DNA of 63,206 nucleotides, filler included, from Reticulomyxa filosa (GCA_000512085.1; 19 parts of 19 records of this genome joined end to end with filler, not necessarily neighbours in it); one strand, 5' to 3'. Counted from the whole stretch's first letter, positions 35,698 to 49,679 are shown. Made by a program: numbers and translations. The notes: generated by a model not told the origin, from the letters alone.

Positions 35698-37668
35698 TTA
35701 ATCTGTTTTTTCTTCGTCATTTTGTTCCGTCTTTTCAGAACTGTAGTTTCCACCATTTCCTTTTCTTGCCAATTCTGCTTCCAATTGGGCAACGCGTTCT
35801 CTCAAGTCAATATTATCCTGTTCCAATTCAGCGTAAGTTTTCTTTTTAACAAACGTGCTTCCTTCACTTGGTGCTTTCGTGTCAGTTCTCAATGCAGGAT
35901 TCATTGAAGTTGTGACAGGATCCTTGTTTTCTCCCTTCAACCATTCGTCAGCTTGCAAGGCCGGACGTCCAGCATATGCATCAGGGAAAATGTCTTCTTG
36001 GAATACTTCCGCACCTGCTTTGCGAGGTACCTGTTTATTTCACAAAAAGAGTTTTTTATCATTTTCTTCCTGTATGTGTATGCACAAATGCACTAAATGC
36101 AAAACGTAACGATGAATGAAATCGGCACAACGGTACTCTTTGTCAATTTGTAGTATCTAGCGACTTCACACTTCCAAACATCGCAACTTCGTTTTGGGAG
36201 CCAACCTCCACCTTTTTGCGGCTCAGGGTTTCGGTATGCATTGAGTAAGTAAGCGACTTTGTCATCATTTACCAACTCAAAATAAGTGATGTTTCCTTCA
36301 CCTTTTCCTGATAAATACAAAAGGCCATTATCATTGTCAAAAAATGGGTACAACACACTGGCTGCCTGATCAATGTCATTTTCATATAACGCTTTGTCCA
36401 ATTTTCGTAAATCCCACACCTTCATCTGGCGTTTTGCTGAGCGCGAGAAACCCGTGCCACCAATCCATCCCAGGTTGTCAGCCCAAAATACTTTGCTTTT
36501 TTTTGTTTGTTTAGGATTTTTATTTATTTTAGTGAGATGAAAAAGTATACGTTATTACGTTAACACACGTATTTTTCCCTTCCCCTCCCTAGCAGTTTCC
36601 GTGGCAACTTTGTTCATACCTTCCTTTGGTTCCATCAAAAGCATCAGGAACGGTTTGTGCCTGGTCAATATTTCTTGGGTCATAGATTCGAATGGCTGCA
36701 TCTTTTCCGGCGCAAGCAATGCGTGATCCGTCTTTATTCCAGTCCATGGTCATGACAGTGTCTTGGCATTGATCAAAGGTGCTCACGCAACTTCCAGTCT
36801 CAATATTCCACACTTTGACAGTGCGATCAAAAGCTCCTGTCGCGACAATGTTGTTTGCTGTCGGATGGAATTTAATGAATGTCACTTTCTTTTGGTGTCC
36901 TTCTAACAACACTGTTGGTTTCGTCACCTAAAAAAAAAAAAGTTGAAATATTTGACAAAAAAAAAAAAGTTGAAATATTTGACACAAAAAAAAAAAAGCT
37001 TTTTTTAGTTACTTACGCGCGCTCCCCCTTTTCCTCAAAAAAAAAAAAAAGGGCATCTTTTGCTTAAAATCTCACCCTTTCTCCTGCTCGCGTTTTTTTT
37101 TCGCACAACTTTTTTTTTTTTTTTTGCTCACCCCCCCCCTTCAGCTTCGTGTGATGAAATTACTTAACAGTTTCAGTCAAACCATCTTCTGGAAATTGTG
37201 TGATGGCCGCATGGCAGTCTTCTGAGGCGGTACCGACCATATTGACTAAAAATGGGTGAAAATCAAAATCCCAGGTTGTTCCCTTGTGAACACTCAACAT
37301 TGGAACGTTGATTGGAATTCTTCCTGGTTCGTCTAATCGACGGATGTACAAAGGGCCTCCGCCGCCTTTTTCAGATCAATCCCAAAACATCAATTGCATT
37401 TGCTTGTTTTTTGAAATGACACAAAAAAAACACACCACACACCTGCTTTAGCTACTGCAAAAAATCGTGTGTTGCATTTCAAATAGCTTCCTTCACCACT
37501 GCAAAAAGGGTTTTTCACATCAATGAACTGCTGTTCCGGTTTTGCCGGTTCACCGTAGACGTGACGATATTTTCCTTGTCGCTGTTCGAAAATTCAAACC
37601 AATAGATGCAATAAAGAATTCAAACACAAAACTACACTCAACTTCTCCTTGGATTCTGAAATGGACAT
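35698..37668 (-). CDS. Coronin (actin-binding WD40 protein), multi-exon, apparently complete
   Basis: KYRHVYGE, GGGGP, LEGHQKKV..IKFHPTANN, LYPFFDNDNGLLYLSGKGEGNI.YFE, PQKGGGWLPKR..DV.KCEVARYYKL, VPRK..EVFQEDIFPD; C-terminal coiled coil. Confidence 0.93.
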
Positions 37669-38687
37669 CCTTTATATCAAAGAAATGTTCCTGCCAAAAA
37701 AACACCCTTGAACTAAAAAAAACCTAGAGGGTTGATTTGTTAACTAAGTAAAAAAACAAAGTGCTAAAAGTAATGAAGTAAGAGATTCAATAAGTATAAG
37801 GATGTGTAACGTAGTTACTACGCTTTTTGGTTATTAATTATTTTGAAATGGCATTCATTATAACTTTTGTAGTTAATTTTTTTAAAATTTTTTTAATTGT
37901 TCATTAAACCCAAATTTCAAAATTACCACTACTGATGAGTTACTTAATGTCGCGCAAGGAGGTTAATCTTTGAAAAAGTTGAATAACCACATAATTTCGG
38001 TAGGGTGAGTCAGCTGCAGAAAGAGAAATACAAAAATTCACTTTTTGAACAATCTTAACGACTGCAAAGTCTAACGTTAAAGGAAAAAAAGTGAAGACAG
38101 TTAGTTGGAAAAGTTCAGATGAAAAAAGTTCCAAGATTCTCTTGGAATATGTCACAAACCTATGATTTTGCCTAAATTATCAAGTACATTCCACTGTTAT
38201 TCATCCCAACGTCTCAAAAATATGTTTACAGGATACCAAAGTTTTATGTTGTACACGAAACTGCGAGTTTGTGAGAAAAATCAAAAACAAGTATAAGAGC
38301 GATGAGCATATAACAGTCAACTTTACTCCTGATCCTTTACTGCAAAAAAGAGTGGTTTGTATAGCATATATTGCAGTTCTTCATGTAAACAACGATTATT
38401 GAATAAATAAATCGGAAAAAAAGTAGTTTTTCCTTTTGTAGAGTGTTGACTAACTATTTTTCTTGTTCTATTACATTTCAATGTGATGAATTGTTTTCAT
38501 GTAGTTAAAGCATAAAAATTAATTATATTTGTTAACTTTAATTTTGAACGGCACGTTTTTGTCCGGCATGATTGTTCTCTGAAATCTTTAAAAAAACCAG
38601 ACCAGAAAGTTCACTTAGTTTGGTTTTTGGTTAAAATTTGTCAAAGATCTCATCAATTTTCTTCTGATAAGAAAGCCAAAAGAAGAC

Positions 38688-39419
38688 ATGGGCGGTTTAC
38701 ATATACTCCATTTTTGGAAGACTAGCTTGCTGCAAATGTTAAATGGCAAGCATGCCTTGAAAGAAACAGCGGTTGGAAGTTTCTTTGTCTGGGGACCTTC
38801 GTTTGCTTGTTGTTTCTTCGTTGGTTATTGCTTTGCAAAGTTAAGCTTTTTTATCTTCGAAATGCATGCATTGAGTGTCTTTTTTGAAAACTTGTAATTT
38901 TTTTATCACTCCCAACGTCGTGGAAAGTGTAGATAGTATGCGTATTTTTTAAAAATTTTTTTGGGTAATTATTTTGCTATTGAATAAAAAAAAAAAGAAA
39001 CGCACTATCTTTAAAAAAAATTGGGCCTTTTTTATTTTTTCATTAAGTATTGATTGATTTATTGGTAGTGTCGATTGTTAAAATAGTTGTGTTTTTTGTA
39101 AAATGCTGAGAACAGTGGGTGGAGACATGATCCTGAGGTTCGAATTCGTCCTCACACACGAGCCTGGCATCAAGACCCCGAAAAAGTAAAAATGGCATCC
39201 ACATATCGTCGAGGCTCGTTCCGCTGGATGCTTCCTGAACGAGTTGGTTATGTTGATAGAGTGGAGGAAAAATTGTACGAGGAAATTACCGTGAAGGGAA
39301 TTGTCAACTGGGCATTGGCCACAGAAGACTGGACTGAAAAAGGCTCAAACCCTGCTGAAGATCCGAAAAAGCTTCATCCTTTGTACAACCACCCTGCTCA
39401 CAGAGGCTTTCATGTTTAA
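38688..39419 (+). CDS. NDUFA4/B12D (COXFA4)-like small mitochondrial membrane protein, two exons (38688-38839, 39116-39419)
   Basis: GT (38840)/AG (39115) splicing is in frame and gives TM segment + NGWRHDPEVRIRP, similar to the family's xxNPDVR motif. Confidence 0.5.
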
Positions 39420-40416
39420 TTGAAAGACAGAAACAAACATTTCATTTTTGCTTGCAAACTGCATCAAGAGTCAAATCTCTAAAGACAAGGTACAACGAAT
39501 GGATTACTGACACTTCTGTTTCCTAAAAAAAACAAGGGGGTGGGAAAAAGCAAAAATGAAAAAAGTCAACACTGATTATTTCTTTGTTTGTCACTGGTTT
39601 CTTTTTTCAATGCTGATGTGCAACAATTTGGTGCGCTCTTTGGTTGGGTTGTTTATTTTTCCCCAAAGGTACACATAAATCGAAACCGATTATTTGTTTA
39701 ATTTTCATCAGCTCTTTTTCTTGGACCTTGTGATATCCGGATGTACAAAACGCATTGTACATAAGTGGAAAGACCTTAGTTTTGACCACATTTGCGTTAT
39801 TAAAAAGGGGGACCCAAAAAATTTTTAAAATTGCTTAGTTCAATTTTTTTCGCAAAAATTCGTTTTTTACCAATAATTTTTTAGATAATCTATCAAATTT
39901 ACACTTGTGTTACATCTGCCAATATAACTCCGATTTCACCTTTTTGAATTTGTTTTTCATTCATCATATATTTCGCAAAAATGAAAAAACGAAAAAGTGA
40001 AAATTCGATTTTTTAAGAGTGTATCCATAATTTTTTGGAAACCTAAAAGATTTTGAAAATTTATCGTTACTTGTCCCAAGAGTAGTACAAGCGTGCCAAT
40101 AAACTTTAAACGATCTCTTCTATTACAGAATTTTATCTTTCTTTTGCATTTATAACCAAAAAAAGTTGCCAAAATAAAAACGTGTGGTCACGTTGATCAT
40201 TGAAAAGTTTTTTATTGCATTGCGAAAAATCTTAAAAGAAGGTATAATATTATTGTTGCCTATGGAGAAAAGGAAAACACGAGGAAAAAAATTAATCCAA
40301 AAAAAAACCAACAAAACAAAGAAAGGCAAAAAACAAATTGAAAATCTCTTTGTTTTTTTAACTTCTATGAAATCTAATTTCAATATATTTTTTTGTTTGT
40401 TTTCCTTCGTTAAAAA

Positions 40417-41995
40417 TTACGATATTTTGGCATGTTTCAGCGGCGCGGTGACAATACCAGCGCTTGTTGTAAACGTACCGTCATTCCATGACATTTCGCC
40501 ATTTTCATTTGTTTTCAAAGTTGGGAAGATTTCTTTTTCCCAAAAAGTGTCTTGTTTGTTACTTTTGATTTTGACATTTTCGTCGGGTTCCCATTGTGAG
40601 AGGTTCTGGTTGGACCAATTCAACCTTTCACCAACTTTAGATCCAGGTGGAGGGACAAGGGGTTTGACAACAGTGCGATCAGTATTCGAGGCAGCCAATA
40701 GCATGCCCTGAGATTCAATCTGTTGAAACTTTGCGACTTCAAGTTCGCAAAAATGACAACAAGCTGATCTTTCAGCTCTTCTTCTTTTACAAACTTTGCT
40801 AATCCACTGACAACCTATTTCGGGTATAGATAATGTGCAAACAACTTGTGATATGTTTTTTGCTTTGCTACCAATCTCCCTCAGTCTCAAACAAACCTGT
40901 CTCGGTTGAGGCTCCCCGATATCAATTTTTTCAACATAGGATGTCTCCTTGGCATTGGGATGTCTTTCCACCGAAAGGACTTTGCCAACACGGAAATCGA
41001 CTCTGGCGATAACCGGTCGATCAGTTGTTTGCTGTTTCTTTTCGAAACGACTGGTATGTTGCTTGAACAACACAGGCCCGACTTGTATTTTGGTGCCTGG
41101 TTTTAAGTTTTCAAAGTTTTCTTTTAATTTGGGAATAATCGTTTTCGACGTGCCTAAATCGGTAAATACCTGAGCGGAAGCTCGTGGTGTGAATGGTTCC
41201 ATAAAGTGTGCCAACACGTAGATACATTCAAGCAGAGTGCGAATGGATTCCGCTTGTTTTTCTTATCTTTTTGTTTCCATGGCTCCACTTTCGTCAGCCA
41301 GTCATTGGTATCACGCAAAAACGACATCACTGTATTCGCTGCGTCACATAACTGAAAATCGAAAAAGAGCGTCTCGCATTTCTCTCTTAACACCGACAGA
41401 TCAAATACCTTTTATGTATTCAAACATTACATTCATATACCATCATATGCACATATATGCATATACACATATACATATATGTATTATATGCATTGATACA
41501 ATTGTGTGAGCTTTCAATTGCAAAAATAAAATACAACTTACACGTACATATATCCATATATGTATATAATCTTTTTTTTTTTTTAAATGAAGGATATGTG
41601 TTGTATATGTATATAAATCGAAACGGCAATAGGTTTGGTATCTGGAACTTGGGACTGTGTAAACTTTTCACACAAAACCAAGGAGCGATTGACGAGATTA
41701 CCAAAGATGTGTGTCAAATGGGCGTCATGTCTTTCCAAAAGCGCTTTTTCATTCCAGCGCAAGTCTTCACCAAAGGGGGCTTGCGTGGCGATGAAATAGC
41801 GCAAAGAATCGGCGTCATGTTTTTGGAGCTCTTCGAAAGGATCAACCACATTGCCAAGGGACTTGCTCATTTTCTGCCCGTCTTTGTCAGTGACAAAGCC
41901 ATGGCAAAACACGGTTTTGGGCAATGGCACTCCTGCCGACATTAAAATGCAGGGCCATATCACCGTATGGAACCACACAATGTCACGGCTGAGTT
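40417..41995 (-). CDS. Methionyl-tRNA synthetase C-terminal half with appended tRNA-binding OB (EMAP-II/Trbp111-like) domain, multi-exon, 5' truncated
   Basis: DIVWFHTVIWP..LMSAG...P..VFCHGF...GQKMSKSLGNVVDP; D.LRYF; VDFRVGKV..VERHPNA...YVEKIDIGE..PRQV; ESQGMLLAA. Confidence 0.9.
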
Positions 41996-44443
41996 GTTTC
42001 AATTGATTAGTTGTTTTTTTTTTTTTTTNNNNNNNNNNNNNNNNNNNNNNNNNNNNNNNNNNNNNNNNNNNNTTAATTAATTAANNNNNNNNNNNNNNNN
42101 NNNNNNNNNNNNNNNNNNNNNNNNNNNNTAGATCAAGTCTTGCAATTCGGACAAGGTGAGTTCCTTCATCTTTATCTGCACCGTTTTTCGATCCATTAAT
42201 AAATAGGTTGTCCTGTCTTGCAGCTTCGGTTGCGTCGTGGCTTGCCTTTGGGTTGGACTGACACCCGAACCAAACTGACATTCGAATTGGCATTCAAGCC
42301 CGACAAATGGGAGTAATCATAAATGGACTACACTTGAGAAAGACCAGCTTTCGACCGTGCGTCGACCACATTGGAGACATCGTCCAAATGCATCCAAACG
42401 AGGAAAGTCCGCTGATCGAGTTTATAACTCACCTGAACTTGTCCCGAGCACTTGTCTTTGCGTTTGATCTGTGCGGTGACCCATTGCGAGCTTGTATGCA
42501 AAAAAGATGTCGACCCAGTCGTCGTTGATTCAGACAAAGACTGGTCTTTGACATAGCCTTCATTTGCTATTACTACATTTCGATTTGCTTGTCCTAATAT
42601 TTTTCAAATTGTAATGAGCAAAAGATTTCATCTAAATCTCAGACAGATGGTGAGATGTTCACAAACATCAATGTCTTTGACTAGCATCCTACATTTATTT
42701 ATTTAAAAAAAAGGAAAATTATTTCAAGTCAAAGTACAAAAAGAAACTTACCCAAAGAATCTTGTAATTCCAGCCAATTCAATTAAATGCAATTTGCCAA
42801 AGAATCTGTCTCACGAGTGACATGATTACATCCAATCACTTCAAACAATTCCTTTATCGCTCAATAGTTGGTTGACTCCTCAGCCATGTGTCGGACCTTT
42901 CATTGCATATGTTTTGTCATTTCTGCTTGTCCATACGTCTTTATTTATATTTTTTTTCCAATCCAACTTAAGTCAACATTATAATGTTATCAAATTTGTT
43001 TTTGTATAATTCGAGAATGCAGGGACTTAACTGTTCAAAATTGTATGTACTCAAGGTGCAATTCATCGACAAATTAAACACTCATTTCGCTCGAGCTGTC
43101 ATTTTACAAAAGTGGCCGAACACAGCCTACTGACAATATATATTAGCAGGGTTTCGCCATAACAGAAGATATCGCTAATATCTTTGGAATGATTTTGCTT
43201 CATTTCGATGAGTGCTGACGACATATCTTTCACTTCAGCCATCATTGCTTGTAGCCTTTCTTTCACGCACTTTTGTGATACTCTGTCAACTCTAAATTTG
43301 CTACTATTTCTACTCATTGCAAACAAAATAAAACAAAACAAACAAGTAAAAATGAGTGCATTTGTTCAGTTTATTGTTTGATTAAAAAAAAAAAAAAGGA
43401 AGATAAAAAACTTTTGTAAAGATTGGTTTTGACGTCGAAGATCTGTGTATCGGCATGATGGAACTGATTGATCTGTTGTTTCCATGTGTCAAATTCCGAT
43501 ATAATATTGACTTCGCCTTGCCGTTTTTGATTGAGTTGGATTGCACTGGATTGCAATTGTTGATTGACTTGTTGCAGTTGCTGTTGGAGTTCAGCAATTC
43601 TTCATTCACCGTTGCTAATATTGTCATCGCTGCTCGTTTCCATTCCACACATTGCCATTACGTGAGTCAGGTGCTTTCGTTTGAGATTCCGTTTTCACTC
43701 TTTTCCCAGTCTTTACAAGATTTTTTCTTGTTGAGCGTTGCCGCGATTCCAATGCCGATCTCGGTTCGATATTTCATTCTTTTAAGTGGTTCAATTCTTC
43801 CACCTGTTCACATCATGATCTTTCTGTTGTTTTTTTTTTTTTTCCGAAATAGCAATTGGATATTTATCAAAGAGAATATACATAAATGGGTACCAAAGTG
43901 AAAGGTGAAGGTTGAGAGTATGTGAAATGTTGTGAATTGACCACCCGTGCGGTGTTGAATGTCATTCTTTATACACCAAAGCCATAACCTCATACCGGAT
44001 TTGAATTGGTTGATAGCTTAAAGCAACCACTGATGCTGACTTTGATGCATTTTTCTTTCTGAATTTGCTACATTGCCGTTATTCTCCATTTAGCTTATAC
44101 ATTTCAATGAGCAAATGTTATGACAAAAGTTTTGATAACGATTTCCATAATGATCTTTCATTTGTCTTTGAGTAGAATTAACGATATGATTTTTCAAAAG
44201 GCAAGTCGTTGATTATCTTTTTGAAAAAGTTAGAGCCGCACGACATCAATATCCACTTCAGCTCTACAGGCAAGCAGTAGTGAAACCTTTGTTGTTTGCT
44301 ACAAAACACAAACATTACAAAGCTAAAAAATAAAAAACTTGAANNNNNNNNNNNNNNNNNNNNNNNNNNNNNNNNNNNNNNNNNNNNTTAATTAATTAAN
44401 NNNNNNNNNNNNNNNNNNNNNNNNNNNNNNNNNNNNNNNNNNN

Positions 44444-44770
44444 TTAATCAATACATTCACTGGACATACTAATTGGGTGAATAGTATTGATTATTCAACA
44501 TTTGATGATTGTCAATTCATTTGCTCTGGATCAGATAATAAAACAATTCGTGTATGGGATGTTGATAACAACAAACAAATTCAATCATTCAATGGACATT
44601 CATTTCGAGTGAATTGTGTGAAATTTTCACCATATCATTATCATAATCATCGTCAACATGTAATTTGTTCTTCATCATTTGCCAGAACCATTCGTTTTTG
44701 GGATTTCAAACATAACAAACAATTACAAATATTCAATGGACACACTAATAGTGTTTATGGTATTGAATTT
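44444..44770 (+). pseudogene. G-beta-like WD40 family gene fragment, truncated by a Tc1 relic
   Basis: FTGHTNWVNSIDYS...CSGSDNKTIRVWD...FNGHTNSVYGIEF, then an abrupt switch to transposase sequence. Confidence 0.8.
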
Positions 44771-45395
44771 CACTCAAATTCTCCAGACCTGAACCAAATT
44801 GAAAATCTGTGGTGGATATTGAAAACGAAAGTATTCAAAAATGGACCATTCGGCTCAAAAGAAAAACTCCAGAAACAATTTAAATTAAAATTGAAAAAAA
44901 AGACAAAGAAACATGCACAAACTTAACGAAATCAATGCCGAAAAAAATACAATCAGTATACAATGCAAAAAGTAATGTAACCAAATGGTAATTTTCATTA
45001 AAAACAATCTTACCACAAAAAAAAATCTCAGTTCTAATGCCTTTGAATTAACTTGACTTAATTATCATTATACAAAAAAAAAGCAAAAAAACTAATAATA
45101 AGTAAAGACAAAGCAAACAGTGGTCAAAAACCATCATACTTTCGCAATGTACAAACTTTGCAAAATAACATTAAATTCTGCAAAAAAAAATTTTTTTGTT
45201 AACAAAAAATTGAGTTTTCTCAAAAACTACGCAACGTAAAAGACTAATCTTTTTTTTTACAAATATCTACGCATTGTGAATTTTCTGAAAATGCTTTAAA
45301 AAAAGTTGGCAAGTTTCATGGTTACGATGTAGGAACGATTGTCAACTTTTTCTCGAAAATTTTCAAAAATCAATAAAATATTCAATTTTTTAAAC
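44768..45395 (+). mobile_element. Tc1/mariner relic, 3' portion (copy C)
   Basis: NSPDLNQIENLWWILKTKV catalytic-E motif; long homology to the reverse complement of 6230-6850. Confidence 0.8.
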
Positions 45396-47369
45396 AATTA
45401 TGAAAGATTTAATAAAAAACCAACTTTAATTTGTATTCTGCTGTACTTTCTTCAAAAAGAATAAAAAAAACATTTGACTGCGTTGCGTTGATATTTGTAA
45501 TTATTGTCATAAAAAAACAACAATATTTTGAAATATACTCAAATTACAAAAAGCCGGCATTGATTTGCTTTTTATCACCTTGTTCACTTTTGTTCCGTTT
45601 TACTGTCAACAAATAGAAAAAATGCATAGTTTGAAGAAGGGACAAAATTATTTTTTTTGTAACGATGTTAGTAATACTACTGTGTATTTTTTTTATAAAG
45701 ATGCAATGATATTTTCATTGTCTGTTTGTTTTCCCATTACATCAAAGATTTGAGCTTTATGTCAAGATTAATATGCATAGTTTTAACAGCAATGCGATAT
45801 TATTTGGATCTAATGAAAAAAGATTTGCTGGTTTGAGAAAAATTTGCTTTTACAATAGAATAATTATATTTAGATAGATGTTTAAAAATAATAGTCTACT
45901 CCCTTTAAAACTATATCTGTACAATGTAATATTCTATAATTGTAGCTAAACAGTTACAAAAATTAGAAACACTATTTTCCAAGAGAATGATTAAAGAGAA
46001 AAAATGTGTAATCTTCATAACATACATAAACACCCTTTTATTAGTCGATGTTGCAGCATTCCTTATTTTACACCCTTTTGATCAAAAAATGTTATTTTAT
46101 TATCATTACTTATTTGTCAAAAAAACATAAATTGTTTGAAATGATATAGGACTTGAACATGTACTTGTGCTCGAACCAGACTGCAAGTGAGTTAAAAAAA
46201 AAAGCGTTTGTTTCAAAACTTGTTTTGGATTTTGTCCCATACATGGACAAAGAGACTCAATCGCTATGAAGTATACAACTCTTTTCTTTTCAGAGTTTGT
46301 ATGTCTGTATTACAATCTTTACAGATAAGAGTTATTACGTGTGATTCTTCAAGTTATCTATCACCAAAGTTAGACCAGAACTAATCCTTCTCACTTTCAC
46401 TGTCGTTTCTTAAAAAAATTCCAAATAATAAAAATACATTTGGATTGCTATAGAATAGAAACAATCGTATTTACAAAAAGTATGACTGTTGCATTTGAAT
46501 CAATTATTGAAAAAAGTAATATCCATAAAAAGTGCTCCTATTGTATCTATGAAGGGGATGGATGCCTTTTTTTTCCTCTTTGAAACAAGAGGCTACGTGT
46601 ACACAAGGATTTTTTCTGTGACATCGTTCCCCATCTCTTTTTTTTTTTAAAAGAAAATTATTCATGTACGTAAACAAAAAAAAATGCACATATAAAAATA
46701 ATAAAGCATATTGTAGTGATCTCCGAAGTACTATGGCATTTACTAAAAACGGAGAACGTTAAACTTACCTTAAAAAAAAACATGACGCATTCATATTCTC
46801 CTCCACCCTCCCCTCTGCTTTGATACTAAAAAAAAATCATAATTGTCCCTTTCTTGCTGTGTTTTCTTTCTCAGGGTCAGTTGATTTTTCGGAAATGAAT
46901 CTAATTGGCATGTCTTATACGTTTGAGCAAAAAAAAAAAGGATTTGAATTTTTTTCTTTTCAAAGAACTTTCTTAAACTGTAAACACAACATTCAATATA
47001 AACAATGAAAGGTTTTGTGGAGCGAATCCAAGTATTTTCTTATTTTCCAAATTACAATTGATAATTGATATTTTGTTTGTTTGTCGCGATATAATTATAT
47101 AATTACATTTTCAGGTGATAACGAGCAAAGATAGTAGTTATAGTGTGACCATAAACATGACAAAAGAAAATTGTGTACGTGATAAATATGTGTAGATTGG
47201 AGTGCATGTGGAGTTATTTATTACAAGTTTCCAGTATTCTTCGAAGGCAATGCCAATGACATTATTGACAAACAATTTGAACGCGATGAATATGAATGAG
47301 AGACTGCATGATGATGTCAATGTCGTGTGAACGAACAAAAGAACAAATGGATTTGTGTTTGTATGTAGG

Positions 47370-47895
47370 ATGAATCGTGGAATGGCGTCGTAGCTTTGAC
47401 ATTCCTCCTCCGGATATCGATGAAAAATTGGAATACAATCATGTCAACGATGCGAAGTACAAACATATAAATCGCAAAAACATTCACAAAACTGATTGTT
47501 TGAAAGATGTCATCATTCAAGCTATTCCTCATTGGGAATCTGACATATTGCCTTCTTTGAAACAATGTGACATTACCAAATATTTTTTTTTGTGTCATCA
47601 CATGCGATCTTTCGCATCTTTTTTTTTTAATGTGAAATTTTTCAATTTAACATTATATAAATCTCTTTTCACATGCAAAACGATCGCAGCTCATGGAAAC
47701 ATCATTCGTGAATTTTAAAATATCTTGATAATATTGATGAAAGCGTAATTCCGAATTTGGAGATCCTCACGGGCATTCATCTCGTTTACGAGTTTGATGA
47801 ACACTTGAAAGTTATCACTGTGAAAGGTCGAGTATAGCCACTTCAATGAAGGTTTTTAGGCGATTCTGAAAAAATTAAACGGCACAGGAAAGTAT
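47370..47895 (+). pseudogene. 2,3-BPG-dependent phosphoglycerate mutase pseudogene, C-terminal half
   Basis: WRRSFDIPPP...CLKDV...IPHW...I.P.L|...IAAHGN..R, in-frame TAA/frameshift, then LDNI....I.NLEI.TG..LVYEFD. Confidence 0.8.
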
Positions 47896-48109
47896 CAAAA
47901 ATCAAACCAAGCACAAGTAGGTTGTTGTTGGCTTGGTGCTTTCCTTTGTTTGTTTGTTTGTTTATTTTGGTTGGGAATTTTTTTGATAACGTATACTTGC
48001 AACAAAATATTAAAGATCCAAGATATCCAAAAAAAAAAAGGTGAAGTTAGTGCATCACGTTCACATTGGCGATTGAAGTGTTTGTTAATGCATGTTATGT
48101 CTCGTAGTG

Positions 48110-48470
48110 ATAGTGTCTCAACTTTTTCGGTGCTGTGTCTTTGGACGGTCTTCACTTTGTTCAAACTGGTCAATCCACATTCGCTCGTTCACACTCCACG
48201 ATTTTTGCACTGGGATCCATAATTGGTCTAATGTTTCCAATATGATATTGCCCGTTTTGATGGCGCGCTTCAAATAAGAGGTGTACATTATGTCAAATTG
48301 AAAATGAGCTTTTTTCAACACGTTGGCCCCTTCTTGAGCTTCTTTCACACCTAAGTCCGACAAGTCGCAATCCACTCAACTTGTGAACTGATTTGTCGCA
48401 TTCCAAACACTTTGGCCATGTCACACAAACACCAATGTTGCATGTTTCTTTGGTTCGTGGGTTATCGTTT
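48110..48470 (-). pseudogene. 2,3-BPG-dependent phosphoglycerate mutase pseudogene, N-terminal half (opposite strand)
   Basis: LVFV*HGQSVWN..NQFTS*VDCDLS..GVKEA...G..L......FD..YTSYLKRAIKT...L..LDQLWIPV.KSW..NER; TGA at the RHG Arg and at the Trp position. Confidence 0.85.
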
Positions 48471-49679
48471 TGGGAAATGTTAATATGTTTATTTAACACA
48501 AAAAAGGGTTTTAACAGATTTCAAAGTGACGTTTTTTATTTGTACTTCAACAGTCTTGTTTTTGTGTTTAAAGCAAAACAATAGATAATAGGCACAATTT
48601 TCGTTCTTGGCGAGATTTTTGTGTAAAATCCTTTTTTTCCATCCACTTTATTTTATTTAACCTTTTAATAATTCATTTGCATGAAATATATAACAACTAA
48701 AGCCACTTTTGATTTTAAATTAAAGTTAAATTGTAGCAAAAAATCATACTGGTTGATAGACCTGTTAACAAATATGCAAAAGAACATTGCAATGTCAACG
48801 CAATTGATTATTGCCAAGCTCTATGGTCTTGCTTTTAATCTCTGTTAGTGATTTCTACGCTGTACATTGTTTGTAATTTCTTTTTTTGCATTGCAAAGGC
48901 TGGAATTCAACACCGGAAGGCTTGCTCGTTATATTAGAGATTTTTATCGTTCACATATTTTAGCTCAACAACTAAAATTTAATTGCACGACATTTGTACC
49001 AGTTTATAACAAAAGCAAAAGACAAAAAATATCATCCCTTTTTCAGAATATATAGCAAATTGAAAATTTTCTTCAAAAAAACATTTATACGAAGATAATT
49101 TGATGCCTGAAAATAAAAAAAGAAAGATTCTCTTCTTTAAACATTCAATTTTTTATGCAAATTGATCTTTGTACAGTTCATTTAAGAGATTTGATAAGCT
49201 GCTTGTAAAAATGAAATTATGTTATATATACCTTGAATGCTGTTGTAAATCAAAAATGATTTGTAAACTATTGATTAGAATTGTTTGAAACGAGTTTTCA
49301 AAAAAAATTATATTAATATTTAATTATACATTCTTGCGCTTTAAATTACCCATTTCATATAATTTTGAAAAAGCTAGAAATTAAAACAAAAAATTATTGT
49401 TATCTAATATTTACAAAATAAAACACTTATTTCTCGTCACAAAGTTTATATTTATTAAATAAAAGAAATTCATTTCAATTTTTTATTGACCCTTCGTGAG
49501 CTTAAAAAAAGTTGAAAAGCATTTTTATCATTTTTGCATCATTAAAGATTATCTCAAAGAAAAAAAAATGGAAAAAAGATACTTTAGCTTAGTAATGAAA
49601 GTTTCGTTTAAGTTCTTTTTTCAGGATTTTGTTATTATTGTTTTTCTCATTTTGCTTTATACTAAAACAGTCCAAAGAA

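Noticed and set aside
36929-36997. Tandem duplication of AAAAGTTGAAATATTTGAC
   Set aside because: Two-copy slippage repeat inside a coronin intron; no functional evidence.
42129-44343. Fragmented coding-like minus-strand segments
   Set aside because: Probably a decayed or multi-exon gene, but I cannot build a frame or assign a family.
48376-48423. TGA recoding (alternative genetic code) in PGAM
   Set aside because: The two TGAs replace different residues (Arg and Trp), the gene also has frameshifts, and TGG is used for Trp elsewhere.
47330-48470. Trans-splicing of the two PGAM halves
   Set aside because: Both halves have inactivating lesions, including the catalytic RHG motif; inversion of a dead copy is simpler.
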